DNA of 64,000 nt from Monocercomonoides exilis PA203 (taxonomy: Eukaryota > Protista > Preaxostyla): contig LSRY02000013.1 of the NCBI GenBank assembly GCA_001643675.2, forward strand, positions 1,797,175 through 1,861,174, read 5' to 3'. A program made the position numbers and the translations under genes. The notes beneath the pieces are model-generated. The model saw nothing but the letters and a program-made list of their open reading frames with translations, did no database searches and was not told the DNA's origin. Positions 39,343 to 50,221 of the stretch are shown here, in pieces (position 1 is the stretch's first letter; each line of letters opens with the position of its first letter).

Positions 39343-40890
39343 TCACATCAACATGAAAGATAGATCGCATGGCAGGAAAAGTGATCCAGTGAATTTGATA
39401 TTGGCCTTGCCTCCAGGTTCAGTCAGACTTGCTGATTCCAGATGAGGAATGAAAAACGGAGAGGGTCGCTCCTGTGCAGCACACTTCAATCTGCAGTCTT
39501 CGCTCATGATCCACAACAAAGTGTTGCTTTTCAAACCATCCCCGCCTTTTAAGCTGTCAATTTCCAACGAATCCGAATTGCAGCAAAAGATGTTCCAGAG
39601 GAGTGATGTGTATTTCGGCTTTGAGTGGCTGTTGTCACAAAACTCGCCTTTCTCCATTGTCATGTTGCCCGCCACCAACGCTAATCAGCCTGATGACGAA
39701 TTCGATATTGTCACATCCTTCATCATTGCTGCTGCATGTGACAAATTGATGAGCGATCCATTCCATTTACAGGCACTATCTTCACTGATGGAAATTTCTT
39801 TCCTCCCCTCAAACTCGCACATGTGTATCGAAATGCCAAGCGCCCTGCTGGCATCCAAAATGCCCCCTTTTTTCGACAACGACACACAATTCTTGCACGA
39901 GCAGTTTGACAGATTTATCCGGGCAGAAGGCGAAGATGCCGAAAGGAAGCATGCACCCAACGAACCACGACTGAAGTTTCTGATGGAAGAACTGCCAAAG
40001 GAAACAACTCCCGACATATCTTCGCAAACGGAAATGGCACTGCCATTGCGAGACTTCACTCCATCCACCGCTGCATCATCAATCACCACACTCTCACACT
40101 CTCCAACTTCAAACAGATTGGACGACAACTCAACCTGCTTCATGTTCACCTTTGCCAAGGACACCTTGCTGCTGCCAGTCAGCCGGAACACTGGCTGCTC
40201 AAATGAAATTTCCGATACAGTGCAATTATCAATGGATAGACGCCCGCTTTCAACGCTCAGGAGAGCCGAGTTGAAGGCAATGGGATGGATGCTGTTTGAA
40301 GGCACTTCAGATGCAAAAAGGACTGACGAAAGATAAAGCTGCCCATTTGTCTCGCTGACGAGTGCTCCTCCTGAAAACGAAAATGAGGAGCCAACAGAGA
40401 ACGACAAGCTCTCGATCCGGACTTTCTCTGAGGTTGCGATAATGCTGCTGCCATGTGGGATTGTTGAGTTGAGGAATACCTGTTCCGGCAAAGGAGATTC
40501 AAGCGAGCGGATGGTTTCATTCAGTGCATTGCATCTTCTCAAGATGACAGTGCGGTTAAAGATCAGCAGCTGGGAGAACAACGAAGGAATGATGTTCAGC
40601 AGCACTTCGCCCAGCGTGCTGCATGGCCCATCCAGCCCTCCGCACTGCTTGCTTTCCTCGTGATTGTCCCCAGCCGAAGACACAAACACCGTCTCGCTCT
40701 GGTACTTCACAATTCTCTTCAGCAGATCTTCTTTGTCCAGATGCATGTCCGAGGTGCATCCCCATATTGCGACTTCATTCACAAATGTGGCTCTGAATCC
40801 AGCAAAGGCTGCACATCTGCGATCTGTCCTTTTTTCGAGTTGCACTTCACATATACGTCTCTTCCCGGATGTGCTGTTTTGTCCTTGAAT
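39343..40890 (-). pseudogene. Internal fragment of a large beta-helix surface protein gene
   Basis: TVFVSSAGDN..CGGLDGPCSTL, RIESLSFSVGSSFSF, SACKWNGSLI..MKDVTISNSSSG, SLLWNIFC, FFIPHLES are typical family motifs. It has frameshifts and a stop at 39685 and is truncated at both ends. Confidence 0.7.
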
Positions 40891-41239
40891 AAGATTTTCG
40901 AAAATTCAAATATAAGTTGCAAAAATAATAGTTGAAACGCATTTCACATCCATCCCCCTGCCTTTTCATGTTGAAAAACATTAATTTTTTGAGATTTCGC
41001 TAACTGAGCAACAAATCAAAGTGTCTCCTAATTCAATGAGCATTAAATATTTTCAATTTTTATTTTATCAAAACTCAAAAAGTCAATGAAACTTTTTCAA
41101 TATATTTAACAAAATAATATGAAAATTTCATTTATTAAAAAACAAATATGTCGACATATTTGAATCAAAAAATAATCAAAATATAAATTCCTTAAGTAAT
41201 TCAAAACAGGAAAGAAGAATGTGAAGGGTCTGTCCTGGG

Positions 41240-41316
41240 AGGCTGATTCTGGACCCAAATCCTGCAAGAAACTGTGCTGGACCGGTCACAGCACAGTTTC
41301 AGGACGGAATCAGCCT
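41240..41316. repeat. Nested GC-rich inverted repeat (hairpin)
   Basis: AGGCTGATTC/GAATCAGCCT and GAAACTGTGCTG/CAGCACAGTTTC surround the palindrome GACCGGTC. Confidence 0.75.
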
Positions 41317-41465
41317 AGCCCCAATTTTTTCCATTCAAATGGAAAAAATGTGAGGTACTTCGTAGAATTTGTTCATAACAAAAGCACAAAGCTTGAGCAA
41401 CAGACCACAAAAAAACTCTTTTCTATTTTGAATTACTTAAGGAATAGAAACATCAAAACAGTAAT

Positions 41466-42687
41466 TCAAGGTTTATCAAAGAAATGATTAATATCAAATA
41501 ATCTTCTATCTTTCAATAATTTCTCTGTGTAATTTCCTATTCTCTCTTCTGCTGAATTGGTTGAACTCTTTTGAAATATTTTTTTAACTCTCTCGTCTCT
41601 CACTCTTTTCTCCTTGAAATCCACCATGAAGGATCCTTCACAGTTATCTGGTGAAGCAACTGATCGATATATTTGACTTCCTCTTTTCTCGTAGAACAGA
41701 AATGTCTTTATCGAACAGATTTCCAATTTTTTCCACAAGATTTTATTAGTTGGTATATATCTATAAAAAATATGCAATAAGAGTTTTGAAATAAATTATC
41801 ATCATAAACAAGAAATAATATTAACCACAAGAAATAACAAACTTGAGAAAATGACGAACGATTTTGTGAGAATTGTTTGACATTGATTTTTCCTGAATAA
41901 CACCATCAAGAGGGTGTTCTTCAAAAAACTTGATGAGATCATCGATGTTTTGGATTACAGTTTCACTATCCAGATGAATGTTCATAGTGTTTGTTAAACA
42001 TCCAAATTCTCCGTCACATTCACATTTTCCGTGTTTTTCACAGAAAAATGATAATGTCGAAGATTTTCCGTGAACCACTGCAGAATTATCATACAGAAGA
42101 AAATGCATAACTTGTGAATTCCTAAAGTGTGGTCCTGTGTCACACACAAAATGCAAGTTTTTCTTTTGCGATAGCATGGGTTTATTAAGTACTTGGCTCA
42201 AGCATTCAATAACGAAACGATAGTCATGTGAGAGAATGCTTGAAAAGAAGTTGAAAATATGTTTCATCTTGTTTTTGTTTTTGTCCACTGTATAGACAAT
42301 AATGCAGAGATGAGACACCTCAAACTTGTCGTAGTAGTCCTTGCTGATCTGGTTTCTCCTGAGAGGAAGGGACCAATTTTCTTTGAAATCGAAAAGCACG
42401 AGCGCATCATCTATTGATAGATTTTCCTTCATAAGACGATAATACCGTTGCTTGTTCGTTGCAAGTTTTCTGTGATCCTCTATTCCCTTCAATATATTTT
42501 TGTCTTTATCTGAAAGCTGTTCGGATTTCGTTCTCAAGAATTCTTCTCTCTTTTTCATGTGATTGTATTTTTCGCAAAGATTGCACAAGTCTGTCCTCCG
42601 AGCCGCTCGCTTCAAGTGGGAAGTTCTTTTGTAAAATGTGCTTCGAGACATTTTTATGTTTGTTGTTTCTTTCATTTTTTGATACAA
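41466..42687 (-). CDS. Sola-type (Sola2-like) DDD transposase domain
   Basis: Motifs STFYK..TDLCNLC, LFDFKENW, SHD..FV, FVCDTGPHFRN, FFCEKHGKCECDGEFG. The 82-bp GT-AG intron 41761-41842 joins the two ORFs in frame (HFLK/YIPT). The 5' boundary is probably an acceptor (TAATTACAG) at 42688. Confidence 0.75.
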
Positions 42688-42693
42688 CTGTAA

Positions 42694-43704
42694 TTAAGAA
42701 GTGTTAATGATTCGAATTGGATTCGTTTTTGTTGCTTTTTGATGTTTTGAAGTGTTGTTGTTTAGGGATTCGAATCTGTGAAGAATGTCGTTAGAAGACA
42801 TTGATATTGAATTCATCATTGTTGAGGAAGGATTTGTTGAAACAGTTGATTGTGGCGGAAAAGAGTGTGAATTGTCATTTTGTTCGTTTATCGAATTCGA
42901 AGATGAAATTTTTGATGAGTTTATTATCGTTTGAGTATTCTGATCGAAAAGGTTGGATGAGAAAGATGAAGTGTTTTCTGTTAAAATTTGTTGATTGTTT
43001 GCACATGTTGTTCCAGGTTGGGGAGAGCTCGAAACTTCATAAATGATATGAGATATCGATTTGTCTTTCTGAATATCTTCCACATTTTTTCCTTTAATTT
43101 TATTCGAGGAAAAAACATATGGTTGATGTGGATGAAGTGATGACAAGTTCAAATTGATATCTCTGTTATTTGAATGAAATGAATTTGATGTGTTGATAAA
43201 AGAATTTGATGAGGATGGAAAGTCAAATTGATTGAATGAAGTGCTTGGAGAAGAAATGATGTGAATGTTGTTCAAGTTTTCTTCGCAACATAATTGATTG
43301 TGAATTGGAAAATGAAGTGAAGACGAATTACGAGATGCTGAATAAGACGAATTATTTGTTATCTGGCAATTTTCATTTTCTTTTTGCATTGAAGAGCAAT
43401 TCTTGGCACATTGATTTTGATTTGATTCAGAATCAGTGAAGTGAGAAAAAGAAGAAGAGTGACAAGAAGCATGTCCTAATGATATTATTTCTCCATGGTT
43501 TTCATTGATATTTGTGTTTGATAATGGTTCTTTTGCTGCATTATCAACATGTTGACATGTAACCGATGAAGTCCCTATATGATAAGGTTCATTGCATATG
43601 TTCAAAACTTGATGTGGATTCTTCTTTTGAAAAGATGGAATCAATGGTGGAGATAGAATTTCAGTAATGTGAGTATTTTCTTTTATTTTCACTTTAACGT
43701 ATAT
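42694..43704 (-). CDS. Ser/Asn-rich low-complexity linker ORF, in frame with both flanking ORFs
   Basis: About 1 kb open in AT-rich DNA. It is in the same frame as the USP ORF (single TGA) and the transposase ORF (single TAA). Confidence 0.5.
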   Translation of the reverse strand: MYVKVKIKENTHITEILSPPLIPSFQKKNPHQVLNICNEPYHIGTSSVTCQHVDNAAKEPLSNTNINENHGEIISLGHASCHSSSFSHFTDSESNQNQCAKNCSSMQKENENCQITNNSSYSASRNSSSLHFPIHNQLCCEENLNNIHIISSPSTSFNQFDFPSSSNSFINTSNSFHSNNRDINLNLSSLHPHQPYVFSSNKIKGKNVEDIQKDKSISHIIYEVSSSPQPGTTCANNQQILTENTSSFSSNLFDQNTQTIINSSKISSSNSINEQNDNSHSFPPQSTVSTNPSSTMMNSISMSSNDILHRFESLNNNTSKHQKATKTNPIRIINTS

Positions 43705-45009
43705 TCACATCACCGGCTGAGTGTCTCTTTTCATATGACTTTTGATTTTATCTTCCACATTCTTGTTGATGATAGAAACCATTTCATCATTGCACAAGCA
43801 CCAACTGTTGTTTTGAAATGTCGATGACTTTTCGTTGTTTCCTGAATGGCAGATGGAATAAAAATGTCCATTTTCTTTTTCTCCTTTATGAAATAACACT
43901 GCAATCAAATTGTAATTAATTGCATTTGAGTCATAATTTGAGGATGCAACTGTTTTTCCATTGATATTTTGAAATGATAAAACTGAGAAAACATTCATCG
44001 GACAAGCATTTGATTCAGATTGTGTTTCAAATGAAATTGATAAAATATGAGGAAATTGACTGATTGATAAAGTTGTCAATTGATGAGTGTTTCTTGAACA
44101 GCACTCGCAGAATGCATCTCTATTATTAATATTATCCTCACTTATTTCAAACGATTCGTTGAAAGACTTCAATAAATCATTTCCGTTCAGCCTCAGTATT
44201 GGAGTTGTTTCAACGACACCTTCATTCCGATGAAAACATTCGATGCAAACACGAGGAAAACAAATTTTCTGTTCCATTTGACTTCGAAATGAAGGATAAA
44301 TTGATGATATATCGTCATAAAGACTCAGAAATGTTTCATAGAACTCGTGTTGAATACCAGTTCGAAGGTGATGAAAATTTTCCCATTTTTCAACGAAATT
44401 CGAAGTCCATTTGGATGCATGATTAGATTGTTTATTGTTTGGTTTTATGTGCTGAGGATTCACCAAGAAAGATAAACTATTTTGAATAATTGATAAACGA
44501 CCTTTCCTCATTCTGCATTTATCGGAATGGAAAAAAATTGTGCGAAACAGTTGAATCGTAGCAGCCAAGAAACAAGTGTTTCCTTTATTGGGTAAAGGAA
44601 AAAATTGAGGGAGAGCATTATCGCAGTTCTTTTTGTTCATTGTTTGTTTTAAAGAAGAAGATTGATTCAATTCTCTTTCATAAATATATGAATCTTTTTG
44701 TGAACCTTCTGCATTTTCTTCTGAATCGTCTTCGATGGCAACGGAGTGAGATCCATCGATGGACTCCGTTGGATTGGCTCGTTGATTAGTGAAAATCATA
44801 ACGCTTTCATCTTCCTGGTTTTGATTGGAAAATCCCGATGTGGAGATTAACTCTGGTTCATCTGTATCCATCGCAGAGTTATAAGAAGAAACTTCATGAG
44901 TTTCGGTTGTAATATCCATGCCATTGTCATTTTGAAAATCGGTCGAAGAATTATTTGGGATACAGTCATCCAGAAAATAATTCTCAAGTGGGTCAACATC
45001 TATATCCAT
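43705..45009 (-). CDS. Ubiquitin-specific protease (peptidase C19/USP) domain protein
   Basis: Cys box LPNKGNTCFLAATIQLF, QHEFYE box, two CxxC pairs (CIEC, CECC), His box YNLIAVLFHKGEKENGHFYS and WCLCNDEMVS. Acidic N-terminus. The frame stays open upstream to a possible acceptor at ~45063. Confidence 0.85.
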   Translation of the reverse strand: MDIDVDPLENYFLDDCIPNNSSTDFQNDNGMDITTETHEVSSYNSAMDTDEPELISTSGFSNQNQEDESVMIFTNQRANPTESIDGSHSVAIEDDSEENAEGSQKDSYIYERELNQSSSLKQTMNKKNCDNALPQFFPLPNKGNTCFLAATIQLFRTIFFHSDKCRMRKGRLSIIQNSLSFLVNPQHIKPNNKQSNHASKWTSNFVEKWENFHHLRTGIQHEFYETFLSLYDDISSIYPSFRSQMEQKICFPRVCIECFHRNEGVVETTPILRLNGNDLLKSFNESFEISEDNINNRDAFCECCSRNTHQLTTLSISQFPHILSISFETQSESNACPMNVFSVLSFQNINGKTVASSNYDSNAINYNLIAVLFHKGEKENGHFYSICHSGNNEKSSTFQNNSWCLCNDEMVSIINKNVEDKIKSHMKRDTQPVM

Positions 45010-45161
45010 CCCTTCTTCACCATTTAAGATGGAGAAATTATCATCAATAATTGTTGTTGAATCTATTATTTTATTTGAGAAAAAAAAGACAAATATAATT
45101 TAAAAATAATATAATATCAATATATATGAACAAAACAGAAATAGAATTAAACCTTTACGAA

Positions 45162-45189
45162 GGTTAGGGTTAGGGTTAGGGTTAGGGTT
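45162..45189 (+). repeat. Interstitial telomeric repeat (TTAGGG)4
   Basis: GGTTAGGGTTAGGGTTAGGGTTAGGGTT. A degenerate copy GTTAGGTTAGGGTTA lies at 46178-46192. Confidence 0.9.
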
Positions 45190-47017
45190 TACTCAATTCG
45201 TAACCCGATGGTCCCGGCGATTTTATAGGACATTTTATAGGAAATTAGAAAACTCGATTTTCACTTTTTTTTGAGATGGACCTTCATGTCACAATATGAT
45301 GTTGTACTACTTGCAGTGTTACCATATTAGTGTATCCCAACTGGATTTGAAAAGTCCTTCATTTTCGGAAAATTTCTGTTGAACCCAAATATTTCACTTT
45401 TTTCATTGTTTTTTATCTGTATCTACAAGAAAGTGAGTGACATTGTTCCAATTGTGTATAAATAGTACATCAGCCATCAACATACACTTTGATACAAGAT
45501 GGAATGGGATCTGTTCATATCTTGATTTTATAAGAATTTTTTATAAATTTTTTTTGAGGTCAATTTTTTTAATCAAAAAAATTTTTTTTCTCGATGAGGA
45601 AAAATGTGAGGCACCTGAGACTTTACCAGCGTGTACAACATGTGATTTGTGAATTTTTGAGATGGGGGTGTTTTTTTGAGAAAAATGAAAATTTTGACAT
45701 TTTTTCATAAGTCAAGTCATATGTCAGGTTAATGATAAAAAAGTTGAAAATATCAATTTTTGTGAAAATATTTATTGGAAGCTGATAATTCACTAAAAGT
45801 TCGGATAATTCGCGAATAGTCCGCTGAATTTTTTTCTCGGGCCAGATTGGTCTGGTTAGTGAGAAAATGTCATATGAAGATTTTGACTGAAAAAGTGGTG
45901 ATCTTAGATCAACGACCGAAAAATATGGGGTCTCAGATTCCTTTGATAATTGGCAGGTGGCAAGGACGTGGGCCCCTTATAAACATACTCGAATCTAAAT
46001 TTTTTCTACCGAGCGGTTGTGGCAGGGCAGTGCGGACAAGTTGGTCATTTTGACTGAAAAATCGAAAAAATTTTTTTTCTCGAAAATTTCAAAGTCAATA
46101 TAAAATATGATTAAACACATGAATATGCATTGTAATGTTGTATATTGGTGATTTTTGGTTGGATACGCTTATCTGTAGTTAGGTTAGGGTTATAGGTGTG
46201 GTTAGATGAGTATTTGCCACAAGAAAATACCGTTTTTTAATAGCTGTACAATTTTTAATAATTCTTGTTAATTAATATTTTCATTTGAATTTTCAAAAAA
46301 AACTTCATTTTTTTTCCTTTGAACAATTCATGATCCCAAATATAATTAATTTTCCAAATATGCTCAAAAATGACAAAGTCTTTTTGTGTTTCGTAACTGC
46401 AGAATGGAATCCAACAATCCTTTTCGTCATTTGTTTGAATCCAAAAATAATGATCACTTATGTTTGAAATTGTTTTATTTCTTTTTCATTTTGATTTTGT
46501 AACAATAAAACGGTATTGATATAATCTCAATCATTTGAAGGCAAACGAGAAATTAACCTCGGCAAATATCTTCATTTCAATACGTTTTAACATTTATCAA
46601 CACTTTTTATTTTCGTTTCACTGATAATCACTTTCATGAAAAGCAATTTTGTTTATTTGATTTTTCTGATAAACAATGCATATAAACACAAAAAACTGAG
46701 AATCTCTTTTGAATATCTATGAATCAATTAGTTTTCTTAACTGAAGAACAAAAGCTAATAGTTTTGAAGAAACAATTGGAATAATATGTGATTCGATCTG
46801 CAAATAACACGAAGACTTGTTTCATTTTGATAGAAACGAAATTGAATGCAAAGCTTTATCAGACATAGAAGAAAATTGTTTGTGTATCTATGTTATATGC
46901 ATCAAATAAACAATATAACTTTTCTGATTATGATAGCACAACAGGGAAAAAATTCAACAGTTTGTTATCATTAACATATGATCTGCATTTTTTATTATTC
47001 GTTTTATATATTTTAAG

Positions 47018-50000
47018 AGCTTCTCTGTCAAAGGAAACAAGGCGCGCTTGAAAGAAACAAAGAAACTGATGAACTCGATGGAGCAATATTATCTCCCTCT
47101 CAGCCTGGATTCTTCACACCTCCTCCTTCGACCCCGCTTTCTCCTCCACTTTCTCCTCCATTTTCTCCTCCATTTTCTCCTTCTCGCACAACATCAATCA
47201 ACATTCCTATGAGCCCTTTGAGAGAGTCGGCAACCCAGCAGATCTACAAAGAAGTCATATCAGCTCCAATGCTTTACAGGCCGTGCGACCTCTTTTCGAA
47301 GTTTCGAGTGGCAAAGGAAAAAGAAAAAGAAGCTGAGGAAGAGGAAGAAGTGAAAGAATCTTCAATAACAAGATGGCTTTTGGAATTGACGAATGGAGAA
47401 GAAATTCCAAAGCTGGATTTTTATTCTTCAACACTGAAGGAATTACCGGTTCAACAATCATTGGATCATTTGACTTCTTATGCGCACAAATCTCCATATC
47501 CTAGACCGCTTCATGTTTCAAAAAAAGAAAACCTTACTGAGAATTGTTTAAGTTACTTGGAATCAACTAATATTGAGGAGGAGCAAATTGAGGAAATCAC
47601 AACAAACAAAAGAACAAAGTCAAGAAAGCCAAAGATTGGATTAAGATCAAAAACAAAATGGAGGAGAAAATCAACAGCAACAAGTTCTGTTATTTCGGAT
47701 TGTGAATCAGTCAATTGGCAGGGGTTGAAAAGTGCAAGTGTCTCTGCAAGTTCAGCAAGTTCTTCAAGTTCATCTTCTGAAGAAAGGATTTTTTCTAATG
47801 ACTTCGATGACTGCACACAATCTTCACATAATTGCATTGATAACTGTGAAAAAAATAATGACAAAGAAACATCTCAAAAAAATTGCTGTTTGGAATCATT
47901 TGACAGTTCTGTGACTATGAGGAAAGCAAAATCAATTTGCTTGGAAAAGCTTTCAAGGCTTGATGAATGGAATGCAGATGAAACTGATAGCTTTTCTTTC
48001 GAAGAAGAAAATGAACAAACAAACGATGACATTCATCATAGTGACATCGATTCAGAAACCGAAACAACATGTTCTTTCAGTTGCAAAGATCTGGAGAAGG
48101 AGCAAAATGATTCAAAAGCAACAGAACGCCAAAAGGAAGAATTGAATGTTTCAAATGTTCAGAAAAAAGGAAGGTGAAGGCAAAGATGGTGAACGTGTCT
48201 TCCAATCAATGCAGGATATTGAAGTTACGTAAAAAATGTGTATTGGATGATGAAGAGCATCATGTTATTGTGGAACAAAAATTAAAGCAGTTGGAGCAAA
48301 AAAAAGAATCAATCAAGGATATTGACACATTTGATGAAAACTTTCGGATAGTCAAAAGCTTAAACGATTTATATGGCAAAATGAACACAAAAGATTTATC
48401 TCCTCTTCCACAAGCTTCTTCTTATTCAAATTCTGCTCTTTCATCTCCCAGATACGTATATGACTCTCCAACGTTGTTCTCTGATGTGCTGAGAACATTT
48501 TCAAAAGAAGAATTGACTCCATACACAGAAGAAGGTCTGCCATTTAAGGAAGAAACAATTAAATCTCATTTGTGGGCTTTTCGTATGTATATAGATTATT
48601 GCAAATCCTTCCATAAGCAAGCTTGGCCATTGCAGCCAGATGCAATGTACGGTTTTATAAAATTACTTGGAATTGCCGTGGGATATTCATTTGAAACAGT
48701 TTGTGGAAGTATTAAGTATGCCTTGTATGCTATTTCTGAAACACGAACTGGTGAACCTGTTAGCAGTAAAGTCAAACTGAAGGTCTCAAGAGCAGAGAAC
48801 GAGATACTGATTTACAAGGAGAAAAGAAGAAAGAAAGGACTTCCCACATCTCTTCATGAAAATGATGTTACAAAATGGCAGAAGCATCCTTTAATTGTTT
48901 CGGATTTGCAGTGGATATTAGACTGCTATCCAGATTGGGTCATAGAGAAACCACGCGAAGCCTCTCTGTTTTTATTCGCTATGTCTACTGGCGCTCGAGC
49001 ACAGACTTGCAGTCAAATCAAACTGAAGGATATAATCAGAGTTGTTTCAATGCCTAACACAACTTTCGTAAAGGTTACGTTCAATTTGGAATGCACCAAG
49101 ACCGCAAGCGGAGACGACCATTGCGTGACGATTGAAGGGAATATTGCGGAAAAAACAACATGAATGTAATCTGGTGGTTGGAGCAATTCTTAACAGAAGA
49201 GTACGGCTTATCATTGACTCGATTCAATAAATGGGATCTGAAGGAATTGGAATATCAAAAACTGTGGAATCTCAGAAAAGGAGCAATGAGGGTACGATTG
49301 CAAAAGAGAGCATCAATGGCGGGATATCCAGAAAGGTTATTCGGATTTCATTCCTTCAGGTCCGGTTTTATGTGTTCTGCGCTGATGAAAGGAGGGAAAG
49401 ATACAAAACAAAGAGAATCAGTGATTGAAGCAACAGCATTAGTGGGCAATTGGATGACAGGTTCACCATCACAATGGGATTACATCAAGGAAGTGGAAAA
49501 GTCAACTATCGTGTCCAATAGATTAGTTCTTCCAAAGGAATTGTTAGAATCAGATGAGTATTTCGATGAATCACTCACGCATCCCAAAGTTTACCACAAT
49601 ATTGAAATGAAAGAACCATCTTGGACAGAAAGCTCCATCATTTCTTCGTTCGATTTTTATGTGCTTGAGATAATAAAGGCAGCCTGCAGTGAACAGCACT
49701 ACCCTTACAGTTGTGTAACAAGATTAAACAGAATGGCAGCGAGAGCGTTTCTTCATGAACGAAATGTTCAATATTCTTCGAAAGAGTCGGTAATGAAACT
49801 TTCAAGAGAAGAGATCTTAAAGACTTTGTTGATTGATAAAAATGTGACTTCAGCTGTCAAAATTTATATTGAAGGAATAAAAGATTATCTGAACGGTGAT
49901 AAAAGGCTTATCTTTAAAAAGCCGAAAAGGAAAGTGCTTTTGAGGGAGAATCGTCCGGTCAATGCCGTAATGGGAACCAAAAGCAGACGCAGATGGACTG

Positions 50001-50221
50001 TTCAAGAAGACAAAATACTGATGAAAATGTTCCTGCAACATAAACCGTTCCAGGAAATAAGCAAGAAACTGACAGACAGAACGTGGAATTCTTGCAGAGA
50101 TAGAATCATCAATATAACGAAGAATCAAGCGAATTACAATTTCACAAAAAAGATGTCAAAATATGAAGAATATGTCATTGAAAACAAGTTGAAGGAAAAA
50201 GAAAAAAAAGCAAACTGTTAG
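47018..50221 (+). CDS. Tyrosine recombinase (DIRS/Crypton-like) with acidic N-terminal region and C-terminal Myb/SANT-like domain; split into three ORFs by two 1-nt frameshifts
   Basis: Core-binding-like region (ETIKSHLWAFRMYIDYC..WPL). Catalytic motifs FAMSTGARA (R), CTKT (K), FGFHSFRSG (HxxR), LVGNW (W), SQWDY (Y). Myb-like RRRWTVQEDKIL..EISKKLTDRTWNSCRDR. Both ORF junctions sit at A6 runs (~48163-48168 and ~49150-49155), where one extra A restores the frame. The frame is open from an acceptor-like site at ~47017. Confidence 0.85.

Noticed and set aside
39449-40336. 295-aa + strand ORF
   Set aside because: It is the antisense shadow of the beta-helix gene fragment on the - strand.
42688-43707. 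Alternative genetic code (TAR=Gln as in some oxymonads, or TGA readthrough)
   Set aside because: Long genes here are open in the standard code and end in TAG, TGA or TAA. The in-frame stops are of mixed types and sporadic, which fits decay or splicing.
47209-50221. Bacterial-style operon with GTGA/ATGA overlaps
   Set aside because: The catalytic residues of one YR domain span two ORFs, so these are frameshifts within a single eukaryotic gene.
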